Shown: positions 39,805-53,345 of the stretch, one piece after another | Layout of the letters: every line of letters begins with the position of its first letter | How positions within the stretch are numbered: the stretch's first letter is position 1 | Source of the DNA: Octopus vulgaris | Taxonomy: Eukaryota | NCBI GenBank assembly: GCA_951406725.2 | Contig: OX597821.1 | Location: 59,086,001 to 59,150,000, forward strand | DNA length: 64,000 bases | Direction: 5' to 3' | Made by a program: the position numbers and the translations under genes | The notes under the pieces: generated by a model | What the model saw: only the letters and a program-made list of their open reading frames with translations | Told to the model about the DNA's origin: nothing | Databases searched by the model: none

Positions 39805-40124
39805 TTAATGCCGAAGCAAACCATTGATGTGGATACTGGATCGATCGTGACAGGCATCTGTTCGCCATAGATGGGAAGTCCACGTTCCCTGCTTGGAGGC
39901 CATGGAGGCGACTGACTGAAGCTAGCGTATTCTTCCGCGTTAACCGAAACACACGTTCTTTTTGTCTATATGCATACGCAATTGAAAATAGCATGCGACC
40001 AAAAAATATTACTTTCCATTCGATTTTGAAGGATAGTTTACAAAATCGATATTATTAGTGAGATTTTTAATTATTTTATTGAAAAATTTCTATATTAGTA
40101 TGAGTAGAATGTTATATTAGTAAT

Positions 40125-40205
40125 AAGTGGGAGGGAGAACTACATTGACGACAACGGCCCTAATATTGTTAAAGGCGGGCTATGATTGACAGAGTTGGTT
40201 GGATA
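40125..40205 (-). promoter_or_regulatory. Candidate proximal promoter of the Sp gene
   Basis: GTGGGAGGGAG (about 40128-40138), GGCGGG (40174-40179) and TGATTGACAG (40183-40192) cluster in an otherwise AT-rich stretch about 330-390 nt upstream of the ATG. Confidence 0.45.
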
Positions 40206-40359
40206 AAAATGCACGATAATGTAAAAATTGATATAATAACGTTATTTACAATACGAAAAATTGAAAAGATACAATGTTATCGTAAAAATTCAATTATCAT
40301 ATAAGTAATTATATATATATACTAATTTAACTTCCAGTTATCAAATATGGATAGACAAT

Positions 40360-40532
<173 letters not shown>

Positions 40533-40728
40533 AAAGCGTGTGAAGGGGAAGGGAGAAAGTTGTAGTAACCAAACAGAAGAGTGACGCAGTAAATCCTATA
40601 TGGGAGGAGATAATCAGTGATAGAGAAGTAGTACCAGAGCGAAGGAGGGAGGGAGGAGGAACGATACTAGAAAACAAAGAGAGTAGAGGAAACACACATC
40701 TACATACATATACATGTATGTGTATATG

Positions 40729-40779
<51 letters not shown>

Positions 40780-41023
40780 AGTATGAAAGAGACGGAGAGA
40801 AAGAGAGAGAGAGAGATAAGAAAAGGAGGGAACGTATAAAGTCAGTTTCTCTTTAAGACATTAGTGAGAATGAAATAGTGGGAGTGGAAAAAAATATTTT
40901 AGTGAAGTACAGAATGACTAATGAAGAAAGAGGATGGAAAACGAACGACAGTAGTATATCACTAACAATAGATGAGTTATACATACTCACGCATACACAC
41001 ACATAAATACATACACAAACACA

Positions 41024-41054
<31 letters not shown>

Positions 41055-41557
41055 CACACACATATATTTACACACACACACACATCTCTATATAAATATA
41101 TGTATTAATATGTTATATACATTTATACACTACGTAGGCGACGTGGGAAGGATGGAGCTAGACAGACCATACTAACATACTAAAACGGTTACGCACAATA
41201 AAACAATCACCACAACTCCACCATATTTACTTACATAGAGGAAAAAAAGTTTTCACGTCCAGCCAGACAACGTTCCCTTAAATAATCTTTCTTTTTCTTT
41301 TTTTCTAAGAATAACTTTTTTTTTTGCGGAATTCTCCGAACACACCTCCTGATTGCTTACAAAACGAATAGAGGATGGAACGGCGATGAAGATTTAAATT
41401 TTTTTATTTTATTATTATTCTTCCGCGAAAGAAAATAGTCCCTCATGAAAAATGGTCAGAAAAAAAGGCATATAAAAATGTCGCTAATCGGAAATACGGA
41501 AAATAGAAATGCTACAAATAATAGTAGCTGTTTCTTTCTCAAAATATCCGATAGTGT

Positions 41558-41706
<149 letters not shown>

Positions 41707-42263
41707 ATAATGACGGGTACAATCTGGCTTGTTGCTAAGTCGATATATTAGCTTTTTCTCATATTGTTTTCTTTTTTTGTGCTTCTTGTATTATTTTTTA
41801 CCACTCACGTCTTACACCTTTATTACAGTTTGTCTCTCTTCCATCTCTCTTTTTTCCTCTCTCTCTCTCTATCTCTTCTTTCGCTCGCTTTCTTATTCTA
41901 TCTGTCTGTCTATCTATCTACCTATCTATCTATCTATCTATCTATCTATCTGTATGTCTGTTTGTCTAACTATCCCATGCTTAGCTTATGTTTCACCTCC
42001 ACCACCCCTAAAATAACTACATTTTCTTTTTCCCGTCAAGAAAAATAAGCCGACAACCATTTAACAGTCAGGTCAAAGGCGGAGCAAACCACCCAGTTTT
42101 TTTTTTTTTCTTTTTATGCCAACTCTCCTTAAGGTGGTCATTCATTTGTGTCTGTGTGTATTGTATGTATGCGAGTATATATATATATATATATATATAT
42201 GGATTATTGTTGCTGTATGTGTATGTATACTGATGGATAGATAGATTTTATTTATTATACACA

Positions 42264-42645
42264 GACGCAGGAGTGGCTGTGTAGTAAGTAGCTTGCTTAC
42301 CAACCACATGGTTCCGGATTCAGTCCCACTGCGTGGCACCTTGGGCACCTGTCTTCTACTATAGCCTCGGGCCGACCAAAGCTTTGTGAGTGGATTTGGT
42401 AGCCAGAATCTGAAAGAAACCCGTTGTATATGTATATATGTGTGTGTGTCCGTGTTTGACCCCAACATCGCTTGATAACCGATACTGGTGTGTTTGCGTC
42501 CCCGTAACTTAGCGGTTCGGCAAGAGAGACCGATAGGATAAGTACTAGGCTTACAAAGAATAAGTACTTGGCTTACAAAGAATAAGTCGTGGGGTCGATT
42601 TGCTCGACTAAAGGTGGTTCTCAAATGACTGAAACAAATAAAAAA
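42264..42645 (+). mobile_element. tRNA-derived SINE family A, young copy
   Basis: gacgcaggagtggctgtgtagtaag...ggattcagtcccactgcg...gactgaaacaaataaaa. Has a small internal duplication of ggcttacaaagaataagt. Confidence 0.9.
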
Positions 42646-43169
42646 AGAAAAGAAAAGAAAAAGACATTTGTGTGTGTGTGAGTATAAATTTCTATTCATA
42701 TGTATATATGTATGTGTTGGGGAGGAATGTATATACGTAATAGTTACATAAAGAGGGAGGGGTAGATAGATAGATAGATGGATCCGTGAACAAACGAAGG
42801 TAGGCGGAGGTAAAGAAAAAGCACGCCCCCCGTTTTTGTCTTAACCCTATCCCTAAACATTAAACCCTAACCCTAAACACCAGGTTGCACATATTCTTTA
42901 CCTTCGTCTGAAGGTAGTACTCAATGCATTCTTTTAGAGTCGTAACCTCTTTAGATATACAGAACATGTACGTCCAAGGATATAGGAGCACAGTTGCACT
43001 TACGAAACTTTAAGTACTGTGGAGCTCAGTCAGCCTGTTATTAGATATTTATCATCATTGTCAATACCATACATCCATTTAACATCCACTTTTCCATGCT
43101 TACATGAGTCAGACGGAAATTGTTGATGCAGAATTACTACAGCTGGATACCCTCACTGAGGCAATGTCT

Positions 43170-43668
43170 ACCGACCGAGACCTTTGGTGATGTGCTGTGC
43201 TTGAGAAGACCTGTCAAGCCAAGTGCACCCATGGTGGTGGCATGTAAAGAAAACCTTTACGTTGGGGCCTCACGGAGGCAAAGTGGCTAAGTTCCTCTCA
43301 AGCGTTGGGCCTCATGGAGGCAAAGTGGCTGAGTTCCTTTTGAGCATTGGGCCTCACGGAGGCAAAGTGGCTGAATTCCTTTTCAGTGTTGGGCCTCATA
43401 GAAGCAATGAGACCTTTGGCATTATGTTGTGCTTGAGAAGAAGACCCATTAAGCCAAATAAAATTGCTGTCATAGCAAATACCGGTGTCATACAAATTGG
43501 TACCCATGCCAGTGGCATGTAAAAGCACCCATTACACTCTTGGAGTGGTTGGCATTAGGAAGGGCATCCAGCCATAGAAAACCATGCCAAATCAGACTGG
43601 AGTCTGGTGCAACCTTCAAATGTGCCAGCCCAGTCAAACTGTCCAATGATGATGATGATGATGATGAG
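43170..43668 (+). mobile_element. RTE-LINE 3' end with a 42-bp tandem repeat and (GAT)n tail
   Basis: About 3.5 units of gttgggcctca(c/t)ggaggcaaagtggctgagttccttttgagc at 43261-43410, then ggaagggcatccagc...gatgatgatg. Confidence 0.8.
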
Positions 43669-45182
43669 CTCCAAAAAACAATTCCAATGAAAAAAAATAT
43701 ATATTTTCTTTGCAGGCATATGATGCACCTGGTTTGTCATCATCACCTGGCCCTTGGATGCCTTTTGCAGGGCTTGCTCTGTTGCAAAGTTATTCAACCT
43801 GGAGATTATTCATGACCTTCCCAAACACTGCTACCCTCTACTCTTCATCAAAATGCCAAAACCAAAAGTAAACCTTCTAGACAATTTTTCTTCCTCTGTA
43901 GTATCTGTAGACTTCATTCCAATCTAGGCATCATTCATTATCGCTTTCTCACATCCAGATCACTTTATTCATCCTTCAGACATGAATCGCTCAGCTCCTA
44001 TTTTCATCTCATCTCCACTATCCAGGCTCTCTATTCTAAACAAAAGCTGCCAGTAGCATGAAACTGAACAACAAAGACATTGAAGGGGAGCATGACTAGA
44101 ATTCTAAATGGAAAGGGGAGATAATTTCCTTGGAATTTACAGGCCATTAGGGGGTTTGGGGGGGGAAGTGGGGATCTCGGGCAAACAGAACAGCTGTGAA
44201 CACTTGTATTTACCTCAATAGACCTTGTATAATTATGTCAAAAGCACAGCAGTCCTACCTTGACCCTAGCATGCAAAAGATATAGGTATCTTTTACCTTT
44301 TAATTATTATAATTGTTGGACTGCAGCTATGCTGGGACACTGCCACAAAGCATTTTGTCAAAAAAATTGATGCCAGCACTTGTGTTCTTTTTTTAAGTGT
44401 AATATATATCGTATCAGTTGTCATTTACTGAACAGCTAAGTTATGGAGACATGAACCATGAACCATGGAGACATGAACCAATGAACCATCATCAAATGGT
44501 GGAAGGGGACAAACAATGACATACACATACCATACACACACAAACAATGACATACATACACACATATATATATATATATGACAGGCTTCCTCTCAGTTTC
44601 CCAATATAAACTCACAGGGCATTAGTCCAAGGATTTAGTAGAAGACGCTTGTCCAAGATACTGCAGAGTGGTACTGAACCCTAAACCACATGGCTACAAC
44701 ACAAATTTCTTAATTATGCCCACACTTATATTTATACAAAACTAAGAGAGGAACATTTATAACCTAAGGTAGTTTGCTTTAATTAAGTAAAATGAGCTGA
44801 GAGAAAAAAAATTAGTGAGGGTAGTGGCATGGATTTGCACAATAAAGAAGAATAAATGCCTATTGAATACCATGCAGGATAAAGTCTCCTTTTATTAAAA
44901 TTATTTTTGCTTCAAGAGATGATATACAAATGTCTGGTGGCAATCGCAACCAACTTTAAATGAGAAGGTGGGAATGATCTCAAGAGCTTAGAATTCTTCT
45001 GAACTGATTTATAGAAGCATTCCCACAAACACAATATATATGTGTATATATACAATATATATATTCTGAGTGTTCCAAACGCATCCTAATGTAATCCTTG
45101 TATTGTCCTTTTTGTACACCCTGATGACATTCCATCCAAGGTATTGAAAATGCAAAATTATATATTTATATATTCTTTTATT

Positions 45183-46281
45183 CTTTTACTTGTTTCAGTC
45201 ATTTGACTGTGGTCATGCTGGAGCACCACCTTTAGTCAAATAAATTGACTCCAGGACTTATTCTTTGTAAGCCTAATACTTATTCTATCGGTTTCTTTTG
45301 CCAAACTCCTAAATGAGGGAGATGTAAACACACCAACATCGGTTGTCAAGCGATGGTGGGAGGACAAACACAGATACACAAACAACAAACACATACATCA
45401 TCATCATCATCATCATCGTTTAACGTCCGCTTTCCATGCTGGCATGGGTTGGACAGTTTGACTGAGGACTGGCGAGCCAGATGGCTGCATCAGGCTCCAA
45501 TCTGATCTGGCAGAGTTTCTACAGCTGGATGCCCTTCCTAATGCCAACCACTCCGAGAGTGTAGTGGGTGCCTTTTACATGCCACCAGCATGGGAGCCAG
45601 TCAGTGACCTGGCAACAATCATGCTTGGATGGTGCTTTTAGCGTGCTCCACTCACACACATGCCAGTCAAGCGGTGCTGTCATCAAATTTGATTTTGATT
45701 TCACTTGCCTCAACAGGTCTTCGCAAGCAGAGTGTAGTGTCCAATGAAGGAAAGTACGCATAAGTGGGCTGGTTACACCACTGGCATAGGCCACGGGTTA
45801 TGGTCTCACTTGGTTTGCCAGGTCTTCTCAAGCATAGCAGATTTCCAAAGGTCTCGGTCACTAGTCATTGCCTCAGTGAGGCCTAATGTTCGAAGGTTGT
45901 GTTTCACCACCTCATCCCAGGTCTTCCTGAGTCTACCTCATCCACAGGCTCCCTCAACCGCTAGGGTATGACACTTTTTCATACAGCTATCCTCATCTAT
46001 TGTCACCGCATGACCGTACCAGCACAGTCGTCTCTCTTGCTCACCACATCTGATGCTTCTTAGGTCCAACTTTTCTCTCAAGGCACTTACACTATGTCGA
46101 GTATGCACACTACACATCCAGCGGAGCATACTGACTTCATTCCTTGCAAGCTTACGCATGTCCTCAGCATTCACAGCCCATGTTTCACAGCCATGTAGCA
46201 TGGCTGTTGGTACACATGCGTCATACAGTCTACCTTTTACTCTGAGCAAGAGGCCCCTTGTCACCAGCAGAGGTAGGAGCT

Positions 46282-46313
<32 letters not shown>

Positions 46314-46475
46314 CAACAGGCTGCTTTCAGTTTCCATCTACTAAATCCACTCACAAGGCTTTGGTTGGCTCGAGACTATAGTAGAAGACACTTGCCCAAG
46401 GTACCACACAGTGGGACCGAACCCAGAACCATGTGGTTGAGAAGCAAGTTTCTTACCGCACAACCACTCCTGCAC
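45183..46475 (-). mobile_element. Family-A SINE split by a nested RTE fragment
   Basis: SINE tail half at 45183-45395 and head half at about 46285-46475. Confidence 0.85.
45398..46282 (-). mobile_element. 5'-truncated RTE LINE (ORF C-terminus, 3'UTR and (ATC)n tail)
   Basis: ORF 45938..46354 reads ELLPLLVTRGLLLRVKGRLYDACV..AMLHGCETW...RRLCWYGH. Reverse-complement homologue of 56890-57932. Confidence 0.9.
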
Positions 46476-47551
46476 CTTAGAACAAGGCTGTGCTGATGAT
46501 GCTCATTGAGACAGCTAATATGTTCATAGGTATCCTCTTATTCTCCAGGAAGCACAGACTGTTTTTTCGTAAAGGCAAGTAAATATTGTAGAATTGATGA
46601 ATTTTTGAGGTTATTTTCACTTCTGATTCAGAGTCATTTGCTATTGGCAAATGGAACTCATTTACTGTTCTCTTGAATCCAAAAATTTGTTGTGTGCCTT
46701 ATTTATCTTTTCCTTTGTCCTTATCCAAATGTTTGTGCGTGCTATGATGCAAAAGTGTTGTAAGTCCAAAATGTTGCTTTTTCAGAAAATGAAAAAATAG
46801 TATTGCCATTCCATAGCATAACCGTTGTACTATACTGTGACAATTTTTTATATCTTGGCATCTGAAACAGCTAGAGATATGATAGTTTGACCAAAAGAAC
46901 AGGCTATTGCGAGCAAAAATAAATATTGAAAAAATTTCAAAATAGAAACGTTATATATATATACTACATATATATATATATAGTCTATATCCATTTAAAA
47001 GAAGAAAAGAAAATGGAGATTAGGAAGTTAATAATTGTTTATCATTAACAACAAATTGGTTATCTTTGCTTCTTACAGCCGTTTCAGTTAATACTCAGTT
47101 AATTTGTACATTAAATTTACATTTGTGTGATGTATAATTTCATCAGAGGAAAAAAAATTAACTTTTGGATGTTATGTGGTCTTATCAATTCATTGCAACC
47201 TTTTCAAAAGTCTTGACTATTGAAAACATTGCAAAACATAACAAAAATTTTAAGAAAATAAAAATAAGGAATAAGTGGAAATTTTACTGGTGAGTGTGTT
47301 AAATTTTAAGGCACAAAAAAAAAATGACTCTCCCCACACACAACAGAACTTTATATATACCTATTGTTTTAAAGGAATTTCATTCCCCAAAAATACTGGG
47401 TATTGAACCAGTATTTCTTTGGATGCAACCATCCCTTCACGACGTTAATATATCCTCTAATTGAATTTATATATAATATAAATAATATATATATATGTAT
47501 ATGTATGTATATATACATGCATATATATATATAAAATATACACATAATATA

Positions 47552-47590
<39 letters not shown>

Positions 47591-47620
47591 TATACTATAA
47601 ATAATATATATATATAACTA

Positions 47621-47783
47621 CACTCGCAGAGTGGTTGGCGTTAGGAAGGGCATCCAGCTGTAGAAACTCTGCCAGATCAGACTGGAGCCTGGTGCAGCCC
47701 CTGGCTTCCCAGACCCCGGTCGAACCGTCCAACCCGTGCTAGCGCGGAAAACGGACGTTAAACGATGATGATGATGATGATGA
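47621..47783 (+). mobile_element. Short CpG-intact RTE 3' tail insertion in a microsatellite
   Basis: gagtggttggcgttaggaagggcatccagctg...ggacgttaaacgatgatgatgatg. Confidence 0.85.
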
Positions 47784-48419
47784 TGTGTGTGTGTGTATAC
47801 ACATGCAAATATGGGTTCAAGACGTCACCAACAGTAAACAACATGAAATACAAAAACAAATGAGTTCAATATGCAAACAACGAGAGAAACAATTGGAAAA
47901 CAGGACATGTAACATAAAGAATGACCCTTCATCAGTTGTCAGCTGTCTATCTACTCATTTCATGCATTAAACAACCATATGAGTCTTTGAAGACAGTTGG
48001 AGACATACAAGGCAACTGAACAGAAACAAAGATGGTGGGTCACTAGACCAGAATGAGGGTACAATAGCAAATGCTGGAGAAATATTTTCTTTGACAAGAG
48101 AAAGGACAGAAGAGAGAGATAGGATACGTCCTGTGCTTAGGACAGTCCTGAAAGAAGAGAAAGATGATCACGTGAGGAAATATAAGCAACTGTGCTGGTG
48201 TCACATACGAAAGCACCTGTGCTGGTGCCATGTAAGAAACATCCAATACACTCTGTAAAGTGGTTGGCATTAAGAAGAACATTCAGCTGTAGAAACCATG
48301 CCAAAACAGACGATGACTGGAACCTGGTGCAGTCCTCCAGTTTATCACTTCCTGTAAAACTGTTCAATGCATGCCAGCTTGGGAAATGGATGTTAAATGA
48401 TTGTGATCATTCTTTTATT

Positions 48420-48732
48420 CTTTTACTTGTTTCAGTCATTTGACTGCGGGCCATTCTAGAACACTGCCCTTAGTTGAAAAAAATCAACCCCAGAAATTAT
48501 TCTTTGTTAGCTTAGTACTTATTCTATCGGTCTCTTTTAGCAAACCACTAAGTTACAGGGGCCGTAAACACACCAGCATCAATTGTCAAGCGATGCTGTG
48601 GGGACAAACACACATATATATATATATATCACGTGACCAACCAGGCCATCAGATGCTACACATCGCTGATCACAATGCACTTCACATTGTTTTAACCTTC
48701 AATGATGCCACCCTGCTGGCTAAGCGAGCAGG

Positions 48733-48777
<45 letters not shown>

Positions 48778-48940
48778 GATGGGCTTCTTTCAGTTTCTGT
48801 CTACCAAATCCACTCACAAGGCTTTGGTTGGCCCGAGGCTATAGTATAAGACACTTGCCCAAGGTCCCACGCAGTGGGACTGAACCCGGAACCATGTGGT
48901 TGGTAAGCAAGCTACTTACCACAGAGCCATGCCTACACCT
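48420..48940 (-). mobile_element. Family-A SINE containing a fragment of another repeat (about 48630-48736) within its (TA)n
   Basis: SINE halves flank an insert similar to 51925-52030. Confidence 0.8.
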
Positions 48941-49349
48941 ATGATCATCATGATGATATATCATCGTTTCAGCATTTACTTTTTGAGGCTTGCACAGGTT
49001 ATACACAGTTTATTGTGGCAGATTTTCTCTGACTGAACACTACCTGTCACCAACCCTTACCTGTTTCTAAGCAAGATAATATTTCCTTGTGGCCAGACAT
49101 GTTTTCACGGAATCTTGGAAATGAATGACATTCAATGACACACACATATCTATACGATGCATCTTTGTCAGTTTCTGTTGAACTAATCCACTCACAGGGT
49201 TTTGGTCAGCTTAGGGCTATATAAGAAGACACTTGACCAAGGAGTCACATATTAGGATTGTTTGAGGAGCAAACGTCTGGACCATGCAGCCACTCATGCA
49301 CATATGTATGCATGTATTTGTGTGTGTGTATGTATATTTCAAATATTCA

Positions 49350-49515
49350 GGCGTAGGAGTGGCTGTGTGGTAAGTAGCGTGCTTACCAACCACATGGTTC
49401 CGGGTTCAGTCCCACTGCGTGGCACGTTGGGCAAGTGTCCTCTACTATAGCCTCGGGCCGACTAAAGCCTTGTGAGTGGATTTGGGTAGACGGAAACTGA
49501 AAGAATCCTGTCGTA

Positions 49516-49571
<56 letters not shown>

Positions 49572-49803
49572 TTTATGTATATGTGCGTGTGTATACGTTT
49601 GTGTGTCTGTGTTTGTCCCCCCTACCAACATCGCTTGATAACCGATGGTGGTATGTTTACGTCCCGGTAACTTAGCGGTTCGGCAAAAGTAACCGATAGA
49701 ATAAGTACCAGGCTTACAAAGAATAAGTCCTGGGGGTCGATTTGCTCGACTAAAGGCGGTGCTCCAGCATGGCCACAGTCAAATGACTGAAACAAGTAAA
49801 AGA
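49350..49803 (+). mobile_element. tRNA-derived SINE family A, full-length young copy
   Basis: ggcgtaggagtggctgtgtggtaag (A box-like), gggttcagtccc (B box-like), internal (TA)n/(TG)n, and 3' gactgaaacaagtaaaaga. Confidence 0.9.
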
Positions 49804-52800
49804 GTATGTGTGGGTGTGGGTATATGTATATATATTATGTTTGCGTATATATAAGTGCGTGCGCGCATGTCACGAATATGTATTTCCAATTGAAAATTAT
49901 GTTTAAACGCGCATATATTAAATAATTAAAGCGTATTCGACTTGTGAATATATTTCTTAAAATACGCTGTCCTTTAATAACTGCAACACTAGTATAATAA
50001 ACACATGAAACGTGAATAAATTAGTCTTTTTTATTATTGTTATGTATATAGGAAAACATATGTTTACGCACATGCACGACAAAGCAAAAATAAAAATAAT
50101 AATTAATTCTTCCAGAATTAAATGATGTCGGTGTACTTTATTGACTAGTTATAGCATTCCAGTGCACAAAAAAGGCAGGTTCGATTCCAAAATGTGTGTA
50201 TTATCAATAACGAAGGTGAAATCTATATTCAATCGAAACATATTCGGAAATCGATTATTCAGACGGTAATTAATTCTCGTAAGACATACGGTAAAGGTAA
50301 ATATACTTAAGATTATTAGCTTTTTAACGAATTTTAAACAAAATAAACTCCAGCAGTCGCATTTTACTGATATAAATCAAATTCGGGGGTGGGGGAGACT
50401 ATACAAGTAGCTACACTACAATTAATATCGATTTTTAATCAATAAACTATTGTTTTTATTATTTTAAAGATTGCTGCATAATATAGGCTCTTGTTTCAAT
50501 GCAAAGCTTAAACAGCTCACAGTCTTCGTTGCATACACGTTTATATGTATTAATATACTCGTATGTGTGTATTTAAGTGTATGGTAGCTTCTTGAAGCAA
50601 TTCTGCTTAGAAACATGCACAAATTTTGTTTCTACATTAAATTTTTTATTTCCATTTCAGATTAAACAAAAGGATTTTTGTATAAAATAAAACTTTTTTA
50701 TTGTTGGATGCCCCTCCTAAAACTAAAATATTTTCTGTTTTTCTTCTGTGTTCACTAAAACTAAATAGAACTATGATGTACCTTGCCATAAGGCTTAAAA
50801 GGAATAAATGTATAAAAGAAATAAGAAAAAAAAATTAGCTAAGAGAAATAACTCAAATAAGCCAACGGCATATATTGGGATGTATTAAATATGTATGGAT
50901 GTACTGAATGATGTACAAAAAATTAATGAATAGAAATGTTTCTCATGGTTGGAGAAAGAAAACAAAAACCTAGTGGCATAAGTTGACATCTAAAAAGTAG
51001 AAGGGGAGATAATTTTTTTATAAAAAAAAATTCTATTGTCATGCTAATAGTCTGACTTTTGGTGGAGGAAGAGAATAGGAATGGATATGTTTCAATTTTC
51101 ATGAACCTCATCAACAGTCAAACATAGAAAGCACAAACCTGCTTTATCAGTAAATAGGATATCATCATTATCATTTTAACACTCACCTTTCCATGCATGG
51201 GTCAGTCTGTATCTGTTTAGGCAGATTTTCAAATGAAGGATGCCCTTCTTGTCACTAACCCTCGCTTGTTTCTCCAAGCAAGGTAATATTTCCTCATAGC
51301 TGGACACATTTTAATAGAAGACTAGAAACAGGGGACACTGCTTGTGCAAGATGCTGAAAAGTTCCTGGTTTTAAGGGTATTGCAAAGTCCAACCTTCCAA
51401 GTCCTTTTAGAGGACTTAGAAAAACTGAAGGACTGCTGCAATAAGTGTGTGAATCTGAGATGAGGAATATGTTGAATAAAATCATAATTAACTGATCCTC
51501 CTGTATTTTCTTTAACCCAAAACCAAGAACTTTTCAGTTTCCCTCCTATGTTGGCGATGCTTAGTTTTACAATTATAGTGTGATGTGAAGATAAATAGAT
51601 AGAAACACACACACGCACGCACACACATATTACAAGCTACTTTTAGTTTTTAGTTTCTTTCTACCAAATCTGCTCACAGGTATTTTGTCAGCCTGGAGCA
51701 ATAGTAGAAAACACTTGGCTAAGATGCCATGCAGTGGGACTGAACCCAGATCATGTGGTTGGGAAGTGAACTACTTAGCTACTAAAAGAGGAAGGAGTGG
51801 GTAAAAATAATTTTTGCACCATGGAATTTGCATCATGAAAAAAAAAGAAAAAAAGCCGGGCATAAAGTTTTGTGATAAATCATATATGGATGTACTAGGC
51901 GGTATATATCACAGTATTACGGTATTGACCAGACTATCAGATGTTGTTATACATTGCCGGTCTCAATGCGCTTTGCATTGTTTTAGCTTTCAAATCATGC
52001 CACACCACTGGTTAGGCAAGCAGGCCAACTTTCCCCCTGACTGGAAGACTGTTCTGTCACAGAGTTACCCATTTTCACCTGAGTGGCATGTGAAATGAAG
52101 TGTGTTGCTCAAGAATGTACTACTAGGAATTGAACTTACAACCTTATAATCGTGAACTATATCCTGAAACCACTAGACCATGTACCTTCACTAAATAAAA
52201 TTTTTTAAATATGAATAAATATAAAGGCTCACACATATATGTATTTCAGTCTTGCTGTGAAATTAAACCAATAAGGGATCTTTCAGCAACTTGGTACAAG
52301 AAAAAAGTGATCAGTTTCATTGCTATTAAGTAATCATCAGAATTCACTTGTCTGCTCTTACCTATATAGACAACAGCTGAAGGCTACTTACTACTAGGAA
52401 AATAAGTATGTGCCTTTTACCTTTTTTTTTTCTTTATCTTTAGCCCTTACCTCACTACAGAGAATAGGCCATTGTTCACTTTTCTTTATTGTTCTCAACT
52501 CCAGACTGTCCTTTCTGTTTCTCAACAGTTGGATCTCTGCTTTCTCAGTTCTGTGGCCTTTCAGATTTTACTGCACTCTCATATGTTACCTTGATGAAAG
52601 GTCTTCCTCTCTCAGCTTTTGTTGGTTTTGAATTGTCATAGATGCTTCTATAACTTTGCCTTATTCTCGGTAGGAATGTTAACCCGATGTAAACCCATTT
52701 TTGCCTCTAGGACAAATGGATAATTGAAACCTGGACAGTTCTCTGATTGGCCAGCTCCTGTCAAACTGTCTACCCTATGTCAGCATGGAAAATGGACGTT

Positions 52801-53019
52801 AAATGTTGATGATGATAAGGAGGAGAAGGAGAGATCCATATTAGTGTGGCTACTATTCTTTGACCTGTCTAGCATGGGAGGCCCTAACAGGAGCTTGCAC
52901 TCTACTCTCATAGCTCTCAGGGTTATTGAGGCACACAAGCCATCTCACCACAACAAAGACTGGATCTTGCAATAGAAACAAGTACATATGTAGGTACAAA
53001 TTAATTTGCATAATGAAGA

Positions 53020-53345
53020 AATAAGAGCACTCAGAGAGAGCAAACCTCCACCAACGTCCTCACAACGATTAACCAGAGATGATTTTAAAATGAGAATATC
53101 TTAAATAAACTTGACTGCTCTCACAAACAAGAATACTAAAAATGAACCTGACCGCTCTCAAAAATTAAGTGAAAAACAGGAAAAATAATCCAGAATCCTT
53201 GTTCAGTTCATACCAGTCCTGAGGCCAAACATCCCTGAAAGTTTCATCCAAATCCATCCATTGGTTCTTGAGATATCTATCTTGTCCAAGGACAAACAAA
53301 CATGACTGAAAACAATATTTCTGCCTTCGCTAAGGTGGAGGTAAT
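53020..53345. mobile_element. Second copy of the Helentron/HINE-like element
   Basis: Homologous to 16510-16833. Confidence 0.5.

Noticed and set aside
42841-42880. Telomere-like (CCCTAA) repeats
   Set aside because: Only a few degenerate units; more likely part of a small repeat element than an interstitial telomere.
43261-43410. Regularly spaced repeats resembling a CRISPR array (also 57520-57780)
   Set aside because: The units are contiguous tandem repeats without unique spacers, lie inside a LINE 3' end in eukaryotic DNA, and have no cas genes nearby.
49350-49430. tRNA-like A/B boxes at SINE heads
   Set aside because: They continue into SINE bodies and do not form a full cloverleaf, so they are not tRNA genes.
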